This document shows, in pieces, positions 1 through 9,114 of a DNA stretch of 64,000 nt. Position numbers and translations under genes: made by a program. The notes under the pieces were generated by a model. The model was not told the origin of the DNA. It was given only the letters and a program-made list of their open reading frames with translations, and did not search any database. Every line of letters starts with the position of its first letter. Position 1 is the stretch's first letter. The stretch covers positions 365,899-429,898 of the forward strand of contig CAYOEM010000001.1 in assembly GCA_964402975.1 (NCBI GenBank), given 5' to 3'. Source of the DNA: an uncultured Polynucleobacter sp. (GTDB lineage: Bacteria > Bdellovibrionota_B > Oligoflexia > Oligoflexales > RGVZ01).

Positions 1-973
1 GACGCTTTTTCAGCTGCGACGGACGTCGATGCACCGGTCAACACAGCAGATACTTGAACGACTGCTGCGTCGATTTCGCGGAATAGTGCCGTGGACTTTT
101 TAAATTTCGCCTTAGCAACCTCTAGGGACTTGCTATTGCAGTGTGCCGACTGAAATGAGTTTGCATAGACATAATCAAGGAACTGGCTTCGACGCTTAGA
201 ATCTTTGAGGGCCGCTAGGCGCTCAAGAGGCTGCTCGATAGATGTGTTTTTAAGCTCTTGCTCACTCTTATCGCCAAGAAGATTTTGAATGACTTCGATT
301 TTGTAGTCCTTGGTCGCTAGAATATCCGCCAAGAATGCATTAGCGACTCTCTCTTTTAGGGCAATTAATTGCAGGGATTCCTGCTCGGTAACGTCCAGGC
401 CTTTTTTGTCTGCCGTCAAAGTCAGGCGGCTATAGAACTGAGCATACATATAGCCAAAAATCTGGGGACCATAGTACCTGATCTTCTTGGCATCGGGCGT
501 ATGAATGATAGTGAAGATGGCGCCCTGGCGGCCGGTTGGATCACTCGCGAATTGGAAACAACCGTCAGTTTTTTCACCTTTAGATTCGTCTAGGTTTCGA
601 CCATAGTGTGCGGATGCACAGATCTCGCTAGCACGACTGGTGATAAGCACCTGACCACCCATCTGCAAAAATAACGCCTCAGCGGACTGAGGCAAAGCGG
701 AAATATAATCTTTCACTGCCGTGCGTAACTCAGCTTGTTTTGCGGCGCTAACTTTGGCCGTGTCTAACTGATCGAAAATAATTTTCTGGTCTGTGATCTG
801 GACGGCGCTTGTGCCCTTACACTGATAGGCGTCAAGATTAAGGGTGCCGCTAGCAATTGAGTCGAGAGTCTTAATTCTGGCATAGGAATCATCTGAGGCC
901 ACGCGACAGGAGGAAAAACAAAGAGCTAGAACTCCACTAAAGGCCAAAGAAACCGAGAGTCTTAGGTTAGACA
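1..973 (-). CDS. Putative lipoprotein of unknown function, partial (3' end runs off the left edge of the window)
   Basis: Continuous open frame on the minus strand from ATG at 971-973. It is absent from the ORF track because it has no stop in the window. GGAGGT lies 7 nt upstream of the ATG. My translation starts MSNLRLSVSLAFSGVLALCFSSCRVASDDSYARIK, i.e. a signal peptide plus a lipobox-like Cys. No catalytic motif recognised. Confidence 0.6.
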
Positions 974-1099
974 TAGTTGTTACCTCCAAGGATTAGTGTA
1001 TATCGGCCACACTTGGGGTAATCTTTAAAAAAACATATTAATTAAATTATTACAGGGTGTTATCTGGTGTTTCAAAACAGCCTCATTTCCTAGTCTTGA

Positions 1100-1131
1100 T
1101 AAAAAACGAGGTCGCACCTAGATGCGACCTC
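1100..1131 (-). terminator. Intrinsic terminator downstream of the caspase-like gene 1206..2108
   Basis: 9-bp GC-rich stem GAGGTCGCA / TGCGACCTC with a 6-nt loop. A-run on the plus strand (1101-1106) gives a T-run after the hairpin on the minus strand. Confidence 0.6.
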
Positions 1132-1205
1132 GCCTTTACCACGACAACCTGAGCTAGAACTAGAACTAGAACTCAACAAGAAGCAACTGGTGTCAATACG
1201 AATAA

Positions 1206-2108
1206 TTACTGCGCGAACTCGAAAACTTTCTCGTCAAGCATTGCAGCAGGAACAGCTTTGTAAACCGGAAGGTGATGTCTTGTGTCCTTCCATGTGCTGT
1301 CGACTGTCTTTTTGGCAAACTCGCCCATGGTCGCCTGACGATTTTCCTTCTTGAGTGTTGCAAACACTTGACGCAGTGACCACGTGAATGCTCCACCTTT
1401 AGCGCGTCCATAGTCGAGACTGGTTTGGGATTTTTTGGATGCTGCAAATGTCAAAAACTGCTCAATCTTGTCAGCTTTTGTCTTACCAACTGACACCGAA
1501 AGCTCATCTGTCATGAGTTGAGCTTGATTTTCAGCCAGTGCTTGTGCTTCTTCTGGTGTGGGATCTGCAAAAAACTCTGCAGGCTCATTCAGTGTCGCCA
1601 TATCTTCTGGTAGAGAGCCATTGCCGTCAACCCAGTGACCTGAAAAGCACGAGTCATTGAACGACATAAGGCGACGCAGAGGCTGTGCGCGACCAGCTGC
1701 AATGGCGCGCGCCACTTCGCTATATCCAAGCATGCCGTCAGCCGTCATGAACTTACCGTCATTACTACCATGACCACTCACATAAAATCCGAGTGTGCCA
1801 TTTTCACCCACTGCTGCTGACTGTGCAGTTAGTTGCTCAAGAATATATTTCTTGGAGGCATTAGCGTTTGAAATGACGCTCCAGTTGTAGCCGTTTGATG
1901 CATCACTTAAGACTGCCGACATTTCACGAATATCTGTCGGTACACCAGCCAAGCCATTAGGAGCACCCATAACTAGGAAGACGTTTTTAGAATTTGGATC
2001 ATAGGGTCGAAACTTCAGGCTAGCAGAATCGTCTCTAGAGCCGCAGCTCACAAAACCTAATGTCAGGAGCACTGGAACAATAAAACTCTTCACGCCACGC
2101 TTTGCCAT
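1206..2108 (-). CDS. Caspase-fold (peptidase C14-like) cysteine protease lipoprotein
   Basis: Lipobox LGFVSC. His motif FYVSGHGSNDG and Cys motif FNDSCFSGHW match the caspase/metacaspase SGHG ... D-x-C-x-SG dyad arrangement. Start moved to the second ATG (2108) because AAGGAG lies about 6 nt upstream; the track ORF extends to 2123. Confidence 0.75.
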   Translation of the reverse strand: MAKRGVKSFIVPVLLTLGFVSCGSRDDSASLKFRPYDPNSKNVFLVMGAPNGLAGVPTDIREMSAVLSDASNGYNWSVISNANASKKYILEQLTAQSAAVGENGTLGFYVSGHGSNDGKFMTADGMLGYSEVARAIAAGRAQPLRRLMSFNDSCFSGHWVDGNGSLPEDMATLNEPAEFFADPTPEEAQALAENQAQLMTDELSVSVGKTKADKIEQFLTFAASKKSQTSLDYGRAKGGAFTWSLRQVFATLKKENRQATMGEFAKKTVDSTWKDTRHHLPVYKAVPAAMLDEKVFEFAQ

Positions 2109-2328
2109 GGTTCTCTCCTTCATATCGTTTCTTGTCTCACTTGATTGATAAAAAATATTGTTTCACGATTTGCAATTATTTCAAAAAATTATTCGTGAAA
2201 ATCAAAATATCTAATGCATCGACAAATCATGAGACGCTCTCATAATCGCGTAGCATGCTGAAATCAGGTCGAGAACCCGCTGTTTTTCGCGATTATAGAA
2301 ATATGAGAATAATCGACAATGAAGCGTA

Positions 2329-2688
2329 TTAATCAAGTGCTCGCGGCACTGAAATATCTCTAGCATGCGGAATATGTCGCATGATTTTAAAAATATTCTT
2401 TCTTATCACATAGCCGCAGCGATCCAAAAAATACTCGGCACAATTCAGATCACTTGCAAATACAAGTATAATTCCATCATCAGGAAGAATCTTAAAGAGC
2501 TTGAACGAGAAGCCGTCCAAGTCAGAATCGTCAAATCGATTTAAGACACGCCCTGATTTTGAAATATGAAACACGCCGTAGCATCCAACTAAACTTGTGT
2601 TCTGGTTTTGTTTTTTGACGAGAAAGAAATCCCCATAGATGAGCCGAGAGCCATCTTGGAATGTATGCAGCGTTGTGATCTTTGACAT
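2329..2688 (-). CDS. Hypothetical cytoplasmic protein (119 aa)
   Basis: ORF only. No signal peptide and no motif. Lies in an AT-rich gap between protease genes. Confidence 0.35.
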   Translation of the reverse strand: MSKITTLHTFQDGSRLIYGDFFLVKKQNQNTSLVGCYGVFHISKSGRVLNRFDDSDLDGFSFKLFKILPDDGIILVFASDLNCAEYFLDRCGYVIRKNIFKIMRHIPHARDISVPRALD

Positions 2689-2910
2689 CGCTATTTATTT
2701 TCGAATTTAAGGAGTTTTATTATGGATGCGGATTCTGCGAGTGATTACCGAAAATCCTGCATTATGAAAAGTGCGAAATCATTCATAAGAATATATGAGG
2801 GATCAAAATTTTGAATATAAGACCACTCGTCATAAACTTTTTTTACACATCCTGATTCGATTCGATTTTGTTTCGAAACACATGTTCCCAAACCAACGAA
2901 AGGAACCTTT

Positions 2911-3693
2911 ATGCAACACACATTCTCATTAAGGGGCGTTATGGCTTCCATGGCCATGCTTGTCATGGCAAGCTGCGGACAAATCGATACCAAAGAAGAC
3001 CACTTCATTTCATGGGGTGAAAGCAGTGTCAAACGATCAGCGATTGCAAAGTCGTTAGAGCCGAGCTTCAAGATCTGTCTTGAGGGAACCATGAATGCTC
3101 AAGACTCGGCACGGGCGAAGGCCTGGGCAACTAGAGCGGTTTTGACATGGATGCGAGCCGTCAAACTCATCGACAACCGCATTTCCGGGCAACTCTCCCT
3201 ATCCTGCTCGGCACCTAACCTGACCATCAAGCTTCGCCAAGGCGGCGGGACCTCGTTTGCAAGCCCTTCCGTTTCAACCATCTACCTGACAAGACCTTAT
3301 GGAACCTGGACTCATGAGCTTGGTCATGCATTTGCTGGCTTAAGTGATACCTACTCAGGACGCACCGCTGGCGCTTGTATAAGCGGCCAACCAGCATCTC
3401 TTATGTGCTGGGGCGCATACGGCCCAAGAACAGATGCTGAGAAGTGGAGCTCTCTATGGGCCGACGATGTAGCAGGCATTCAGGCCAATTACCGGAAGAT
3501 TTTCGGCAGCCAATTGACACCACCGGAATGGGCTTCAACAGTCAACTCCGAGGCCACGCTCAACGTTGCTAGTCCCTGGCCTGGATATAGCTTAAGTATC
3601 AATGACGATGGAACAAGTCGGGTATCGATTGACAACTCACTTGAAACCTCTGTCATCGATACCGATCCTAATACGACAAGCCGAGACCTCTAA
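2911..3693 (+). CDS. Metzincin (matrixin-like) zinc metalloprotease lipoprotein
   Basis: Lipobox VMASCG. Zinc motif THELGHAFAGLSD (HExxH plus a downstream Gly and Asp). Candidate Met-turn SLMCW. ADDVAGIQANY resembles the matrixin DDxxGIQxLY motif. Confidence 0.8.
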   Translation: MQHTFSLRGVMASMAMLVMASCGQIDTKEDHFISWGESSVKRSAIAKSLEPSFKICLEGTMNAQDSARAKAWATRAVLTWMRAVKLIDNRISGQLSLSCSAPNLTIKLRQGGGTSFASPSVSTIYLTRPYGTWTHELGHAFAGLSDTYSGRTAGACISGQPASLMCWGAYGPRTDAEKWSSLWADDVAGIQANYRKIFGSQLTPPEWASTVNSEATLNVASPWPGYSLSINDDGTSRVSIDNSLETSVIDTDPNTTSRDL

Positions 3694-3701
3694 TCAGCTC
3701 A

Positions 3702-4880
3702 TCATAGCCCTGCCCGCCTAGAAAGCCTCAGAGACTGGGATACCTCCAGATCTGAGGCTTTCTTTCGACCCCGAATTTTTACAAAAAGCTCGGGAGTTTG
3801 GGATGCCAGGTTAAGATCTAAAACGTGGAATGAGCCATGTTCTTGTCCCTTGACGAAACTCGAGCAATTTTTCGAGCTTTCAAGCGACTCAGCTACACAA
3901 AATTCAACATTCCGTATGGGTTCCGCACCTTGAACCCACAAGTCTCCGTGCTCACTGATGGCAGCAAAGATCGACCTGGCCGGCACACCTAAGGCCTTAT
4001 GCATTGGCTCTTGCAGTATCACGTCCTCTGGCTCTGCTCTGTACTGAGGACGACTGCTCCTGACATTTTTTTGAACCGTTTCAAGAAAGATCTTCATGTT
4101 GGTGGATGGCGCCGTAGCGAAACCTTTGAATGTTTTATGTAAAGCCTTGGTAAAGTGGGAGCCATCACCGCTATATTGGGACATCTCCGACTTGGACGAT
4201 GCAGACAACACCAGTATCTGGTCAGCTATTTGCGCGTAGTCTTTACCGCGGTAAGTGGACGGATTTGAGGGGCCATTGGGATCTTGGTCCCCCATTAATT
4301 CCCCCATAAATTGATCTGGCATAAAACGACCATCATCATTCATGGGTGAATAACTTGAATTATCGATTTTTGCGGAGCCATTGACGATTTGTCCGCTGTA
4401 ACAAGCTTGAACAATTACAACCAAACGCTTGAGCGGAACTCCGGCCCTCGCACTTTTGATGGCATCTGTGATCTGTTTTAACTTCAGCATTCTGCTGTAG
4501 GTCTGAAGACTACCGTTTGGTGCACCATGGCTACTGAAGTACCAAAGGAGCGTACCGCCTTCGCCCACCTCTTTTGCTGCTTCGGCCGTCGTCTGAACGG
4601 CCTGCTCTGCAGTGACTTTCTGGCGCTCGACAATCCTGAAGTTATAACCCGCCTGAGGATCGGCCATGACGTCACGAATCATGGCGATATTTTTTGGGAT
4701 GTGCTGCTCACCAGATCCCGACATCAAAACGGCCACGTTCTTACTACTACCACTTGCGGCAAATCCTTTTTGCGCGGCTGGTGGAGTATGATAATAGTCA
4801 CACCCCGAAAGCAGCATGACACCAATCGTTAAATAGACAAACGTGAAGATGGGTTGCCTAACGACACATGTTAGCGACAT
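3702..4880 (-). CDS. Caspase-fold (peptidase C14-like) cysteine protease lipoprotein with a C-terminal extension
   Basis: Lipobox LLSGC. His motif WYFSSHGAPNG and Cys motif VIVQACYSGQ. ATG at 4880 is preceded by GAGGAA; the track start at 4913 is a TTG. About 110 extra C-terminal residues of unknown fold. Confidence 0.75.
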   Translation of the reverse strand: MSLTCVVRQPIFTFVYLTIGVMLLSGCDYYHTPPAAQKGFAASGSSKNVAVLMSGSGEQHIPKNIAMIRDVMADPQAGYNFRIVERQKVTAEQAVQTTAEAAKEVGEGGTLLWYFSSHGAPNGSLQTYSRMLKLKQITDAIKSARAGVPLKRLVVIVQACYSGQIVNGSAKIDNSSYSPMNDDGRFMPDQFMGELMGDQDPNGPSNPSTYRGKDYAQIADQILVLSASSKSEMSQYSGDGSHFTKALHKTFKGFATAPSTNMKIFLETVQKNVRSSRPQYRAEPEDVILQEPMHKALGVPARSIFAAISEHGDLWVQGAEPIRNVEFCVAESLESSKNCSSFVKGQEHGSFHVLDLNLASQTPELFVKIRGRKKASDLEVSQSLRLSRRAGL

Positions 4881-5030
4881 ATAAGTTCCTCTAATAAGTT
4901 TTTTCGCCACCAATTACGGCGGCAGCTATCGGCAAATATTGCGCCGATTTTTAGAGAATGAGCTAACGTTTTGTTCTGGTGATTTAATTTGTCGCGAATT
5001 AATCACAAAAATATTTTGCAGAATTTTCAA

Positions 5031-5082
5031 ACAAAAAATCGGCGTTAAAACCATAAGAAGATCTTAGGTCTCAACGCCGATT
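5031..5082 (-). terminator. Possible intrinsic terminator after the papain-like gene
   Basis: 10-bp stem AATCGGCGTT / AACGCCGATT with a long (about 26-nt) loop, followed on the minus strand by a T-run (plus-strand A-run 5033-5038). Confidence 0.35.
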
Positions 5083-5093
5083 GAACCGCAATT

Positions 5094-6140
5094 TTACTTG
5101 GTACTTACACGCACCATTTGCGTCCAGGTTCCGCAGTCATTGTGTGTCGTCACAATGATGTCGGCAGTTTTTGAGTCGAGTAAACGAATGGGCCCACGAT
5201 GCTCTATCGTCTCGCCGCCCTTTCTCCAAGTATAGTCGAGCCTAGCCAGTTCCAGACCAGCCGCCCTCACTGGTTCAAGACGACTTTTCACTTTAACGGA
5301 TTTTGGTAGACCAAAGTCAGGTGGAGTGCAAACGTGGTCGGCAGGTACTACAAACGACATATGACGACCAAGGTTATTACAGCCAAGTGGTGTCTTTACA
5401 TAGCCTTCACCACCCCACTTTGTGCCCCAGCTGTTTTTAACCAAAAATTTGTACTGGGTGTCTTTTTCTTGAGTTGGTGCCGGTGAAGCGACTGCCTCGT
5501 ATCCTGCAAGTGTGACGGCATGGTTAATTTGTGAGTTAGAACAACGATCAATGGCACCGCCCCCAACTCCTCGCCAGTTGCCGTTCGCGGCAACTGTAAC
5601 CCAAAGACCGCCAAATTCGTTGAGAGCTTTTCGGGCCTCATCAACGGTAGGCTTTCGATCAGGTGCGCCGATATTTCCCCACTGAAGTGCTTTGGTGGCA
5701 GCTGGTATTTTCTTGCATGAAAGATTTCTTGCTTGGTACGGGAAATTCTCTTCAAGACCAATGCCGTTTTTAACCATGTAATTAAATGGCTGCCATCCGC
5801 CGCTACATCCGCTCGCGCTGCGGTCACAAGAAACCAGCTCTTGCTCAGAAAGATCAAAGGTTCCCGATGATGACTTAAGTACGGCTGACTCCATGACAGC
5901 TGCCCCTGCAAACGCCCAACATGAACCGCATGATCCTTGATTTTTGACACCAGTAATAAGACCTTCTTCGCGTAGATCAAGTTTTTCCGGCAATTCGTAA
6001 GCTCCAGAAGGCCACGATAAAAATGGAACCCCATATTGAGCATCGGGAGGAACAATCAAACCCGTCGCATATTCCTCGGCCATCGACAGATCTGTCGATA
6101 GAAAGACGCCCATTAGCAAAATATTTAAAAGCCTCTTCAT
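5094..6140 (-). CDS. Papain-family (peptidase C1A) cysteine protease, secreted
   Basis: Catalytic Cys motif QGSCGSCWAF, His motif INHAVTLAGY and Asn/Trp motif VKNSWGTKWG. N-terminal signal peptide MKRLLNILLMGVFLS. The first ATG is at 6140; the track start at 6155 is a TTG. Confidence 0.9.
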   Translation of the reverse strand: MKRLLNILLMGVFLSTDLSMAEEYATGLIVPPDAQYGVPFLSWPSGAYELPEKLDLREEGLITGVKNQGSCGSCWAFAGAAVMESAVLKSSSGTFDLSEQELVSCDRSASGCSGGWQPFNYMVKNGIGLEENFPYQARNLSCKKIPAATKALQWGNIGAPDRKPTVDEARKALNEFGGLWVTVAANGNWRGVGGGAIDRCSNSQINHAVTLAGYEAVASPAPTQEKDTQYKFLVKNSWGTKWGGEGYVKTPLGCNNLGRHMSFVVPADHVCTPPDFGLPKSVKVKSRLEPVRAAGLELARLDYTWRKGGETIEHRGPIRLLDSKTADIIVTTHNDCGTWTQMVRVSTK

Positions 6141-6420
6141 GATGAAAACCCCCAAAAAAAATTATGTATAAGGCAAGCTAACAGTCCCACTAAGCTTTCA
6201 ACTAATCATCTCGCCTAATAGCAATTTATCATTCGAAAATCTTATTGAAAGAATGCCGGGTAGGTAGAATCTTTATTTTGATGTCAAATTTTTCTACACG
6301 TGACGTCAACTTCAAGATACCTAACTCCTTAAAAGCCAATTCAAATGCTCATGACTGTTGGATCAGATCTTGCTCTCTCCTGATCGTTCATCCACTCGCA
6401 CTTAATTATATGATTTGCTT

Positions 6421-7731
6421 ATGATTCAAATTCTAAGACAATGTAAGCTTACTGCATGGGGTGATGTGCGATGGCGCATCATTGTCGGTCTATTTTTTGT
6501 TTGGTTTGCCTGCACAGTTACTTTTCCCACAGCAGCGTTTTCCCAGAGCCTACTGCCCAAGGGCATTTTTGGGGTGTCAGTGGGTCAGCGCCAGTACTGC
6601 GACTCTCAATTCTACCTAGACGACAACGGAACCAAAAGCAACTTCGGAAGCCGCTTCAATACGGATTTCGTTGGACCAAAAATGGCGAACGGCCAACTTG
6701 GCGACGAGTTCAAAAAACTTTACGACGGCGTTGCATCGATGACAGACAAGACGATTGCCGATCAGCTTGACTTTGGTCGGCTACGGGGGAAGGTCGATGT
6801 TGACATCAAAGCAACCTTTCTCGGTCTCGGCTACGGGGCGTCAAAACGATTTTTTTTGTACGGTGGTTTCCCGATTGTTGATGCGTCTGTAAGATCAAAT
6901 CTCACGTTTGAAGAAGGAAACAATGCCATCAACGGCAAGTCGCAACTGCAGTCATCTATCTACTCAAGTATTTACCGAAGCTTGAAAGACCAGGTTCGAC
7001 TCGATATGGCAAAAATCAAGAAAACGTTGGAGGTTGACCTGGCATATAAGCCGGTCGATAGCTGGCATTACAAGGGCCCCAGTGACGTAATCCTGGGCGG
7101 AAAATACCGTCTATTTGGATCCCTCAGCGGAGATACGGGCGCCTACTTAGACTCTGGTTTGAGAGCCCTTATTCCGGTCGGTCACAGCGATGACCCTGAT
7201 CACCTTATCGATATTCCTATCAGTAAGGGTCACTATCAGCTAAGTCCCAGTCTCAATTTGGCGCTAGCCTCGAGATTTCTTAAAGCGGAGATTGAATCCG
7301 CCTATGGGTTCGGTATTCCGTTGACTACGAAAAGGCGTCTGCCCATCAAGGATGAAAAGCTTGTTGCCGCTGATCGCAAGGTCAGCGTTAGTCTAGATCC
7401 GGGCGATGAGCTTAGCGTCAGGGGACAGCTGGGGTCAAATTTCCGCGTCCTAAACGCCCATATCGCCCGGTCGATGACACGTACATTCAAGGATAAATAC
7501 TCGGGCTCTGCGGACGGCAATTATGATGCTCTGGCCGCTGATTCAAACAGGGAGGCTTTGACACAGGAAATCGGCCTATCGGCTTCGACTGTGGGAGCTT
7601 TTAAGTCGGGGGCATTTTTTGCGCCCGTCTTGATGAGCTTGACGGCTACTCAAACCATCGCGGGAAAGAATACGGCAACGCTAAACTGGTATGAGCTCTC
7701 TCTAACCACGTTTCTCGGATCTCGAGGCTAA
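6421..7731 (+). CDS. Secreted beta-rich protein, possible outer-membrane protein, function unknown
   Basis: Signal-peptide-like N-terminus (RWRIIVGLFFVWFACTVTFPTAAFSQ). Alternating hydrophobic/polar stretches, Gly/Tyr-rich. No catalytic motif. Start uncertain: TTG 6415, ATG 6421 or GTG 6466. Confidence 0.55.
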   Translation: MIQILRQCKLTAWGDVRWRIIVGLFFVWFACTVTFPTAAFSQSLLPKGIFGVSVGQRQYCDSQFYLDDNGTKSNFGSRFNTDFVGPKMANGQLGDEFKKLYDGVASMTDKTIADQLDFGRLRGKVDVDIKATFLGLGYGASKRFFLYGGFPIVDASVRSNLTFEEGNNAINGKSQLQSSIYSSIYRSLKDQVRLDMAKIKKTLEVDLAYKPVDSWHYKGPSDVILGGKYRLFGSLSGDTGAYLDSGLRALIPVGHSDDPDHLIDIPISKGHYQLSPSLNLALASRFLKAEIESAYGFGIPLTTKRRLPIKDEKLVAADRKVSVSLDPGDELSVRGQLGSNFRVLNAHIARSMTRTFKDKYSGSADGNYDALAADSNREALTQEIGLSASTVGAFKSGAFFAPVLMSLTATQTIAGKNTATLNWYELSLTTFLGSRG

Positions 7732-7748
7732 ACTTCGCAGCCAGAGTA

Positions 7749-8897
7749 TTACTCGTACTTTATTTCAATTTCCACCTGCTTTGTGGAATCCAGACCCTGC
7801 ACCGTCACCTTGGATGATTCGGCATTAAACTGATAATTCGTCGTGGCGACGCCGTCCACTGTGACGCTTGTGATCTTCTTGGCCGTGGCTGGTACGAAAA
7901 ATTCTGGCTCAAGCTTATCCACAGGGTCGGTAATTAACTTATTGATCATGGAGTTAAAGTTACTCTCTGTTTGAATATTAAAAAACGTCCCACCCAAGTG
8001 CTGCACAACTGCCTGGTAAGTCAGAGTATCACTTGGAGTATCCTTCGTACCCATCGGGGGAGCAATGGCATGAAACTTCACCGCAGCTACTTTACTGTTT
8101 TGCTGAACAGCACCTTTCAGCCGATCTGCTGTAGCCCCTGGATTAGCAACATTACCGCGCGTATCGGGGGCACTGCAGCCCTCTTGCTCGTCAGATATGA
8201 AAATGACGTTGACTGCCGAATTGTCTCGAAACAAAGGTTTGCCGACATTTCGCTGAAGCAGCTGCTCCACTGCCAATAGACCTGGCTCACATTTAACCGG
8301 ATGAAAAGAGCTTTGGAGCGCTGCGGTAAAGCACCTAATGCCAGCTCCATTCGTCGCAAATGGCTCAAACCAACCAGACTCACAAGGCGGGGTCAGGTAG
8401 GCGAGATTTTGCTTAAGGGGTAATCCGGGGCACTTTTTAAAAGCATCATAGGACGCTTTATCAACAAACGACAAAAAACCAGGCTCTTTATTAATACATG
8501 AACCATAGCCCTTAATGTCGGAATGCACGGTCAAGGATGCCGCCGTCGGGTTTGAGGCCGCCATAGTGGTCATAACCGCTAGCTTCGTGGAATCAGGGAA
8601 CGTTTCCTTTCGAATCGCCATCAAACCTCGGCTGACCTGCGCCGCATTATCCGCCATGGATACCGAGTTATCCAAAACAAATAGAAAATCAGCCACAGCT
8701 GGCTTTACACCCTGCCCATAACGAACTTTGATTGAGTTGGGATTACCGTCAGATGAGGGAGGATCTTTGAGGGGCTTGGGCTTTTTCGGGCCACCCGGTT
8801 TACGAACTACACCCGATGAGCCGTTGAAGGACGCGTCAGAGCAGGATCCAAAAAAACCTGCAGCTAAAAACCCTGTTAACACGAAATGCTTAAGCAT
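7749..8897 (-). CDS. von Willebrand factor A (vWA) domain lipoprotein
   Basis: Lipobox FFGSC followed by SDASFNGSS and a K/P-rich linker. MIDAS-type motif FVLDNSVSM (DxSxS). GGAGGA RBS upstream of the ATG. Confidence 0.8.
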   Translation of the reverse strand: MLKHFVLTGFLAAGFFGSCSDASFNGSSGVVRKPGGPKKPKPLKDPPSSDGNPNSIKVRYGQGVKPAVADFLFVLDNSVSMADNAAQVSRGLMAIRKETFPDSTKLAVMTTMAASNPTAASLTVHSDIKGYGSCINKEPGFLSFVDKASYDAFKKCPGLPLKQNLAYLTPPCESGWFEPFATNGAGIRCFTAALQSSFHPVKCEPGLLAVEQLLQRNVGKPLFRDNSAVNVIFISDEQEGCSAPDTRGNVANPGATADRLKGAVQQNSKVAAVKFHAIAPPMGTKDTPSDTLTYQAVVQHLGGTFFNIQTESNFNSMINKLITDPVDKLEPEFFVPATAKKITSVTVDGVATTNYQFNAESSKVTVQGLDSTKQVEIEIKYE

Positions 8898-9114
8898 GAC
8901 TCGTCCTCCGCTTTGACCTTTATCGTCACTAGGCTTGGTTTACTTTACGATAATATCTGAAGGCCTAAAAACCTATTATTTTCGGACGGTTAGCAGGATG
9001 CATCGAATTCTAATTTCATGCGCCTTGAAGTATGATGTTTGAAAAGAATTTCTGATTAGTCATTCATAACAAAAACCTCCTAAGCTTTCTTATCGTTTCG
9101 TCAAAGGAGATCTT

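Noticed and set aside
1154-1173. Hexanucleotide repeat CTAGAA x3.3 in the spacer after the caspase-like gene
   Set aside because: It is too short to assign any function and is probably a chance microsatellite next to the terminator.
2745-3092. 115-aa minus-strand ORF overlapping the start of the metzincin gene
   Set aside because: It overlaps the well-supported metalloprotease CDS by ~180 nt. It has no RBS or motif and is probably spurious. Only its non-overlapping part lies in an AT-rich spacer.
4926-5083. Three copies of CGCCGAT(T) in alternating orientation between the papain and caspase-like genes, considered as REP-like elements
   Set aside because: The copies are only 7-10 nt long. 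One pair is already explained as the papain-gene terminator stem. There is not enough evidence for a dispersed repeat family from a single window.
5396-6055. 219-aa ORF on the same strand but in a different frame inside the papain-like gene
   Set aside because: The overlapping frame 5094..6140 carries unmistakable C1 protease catalytic motifs, while this frame has none.
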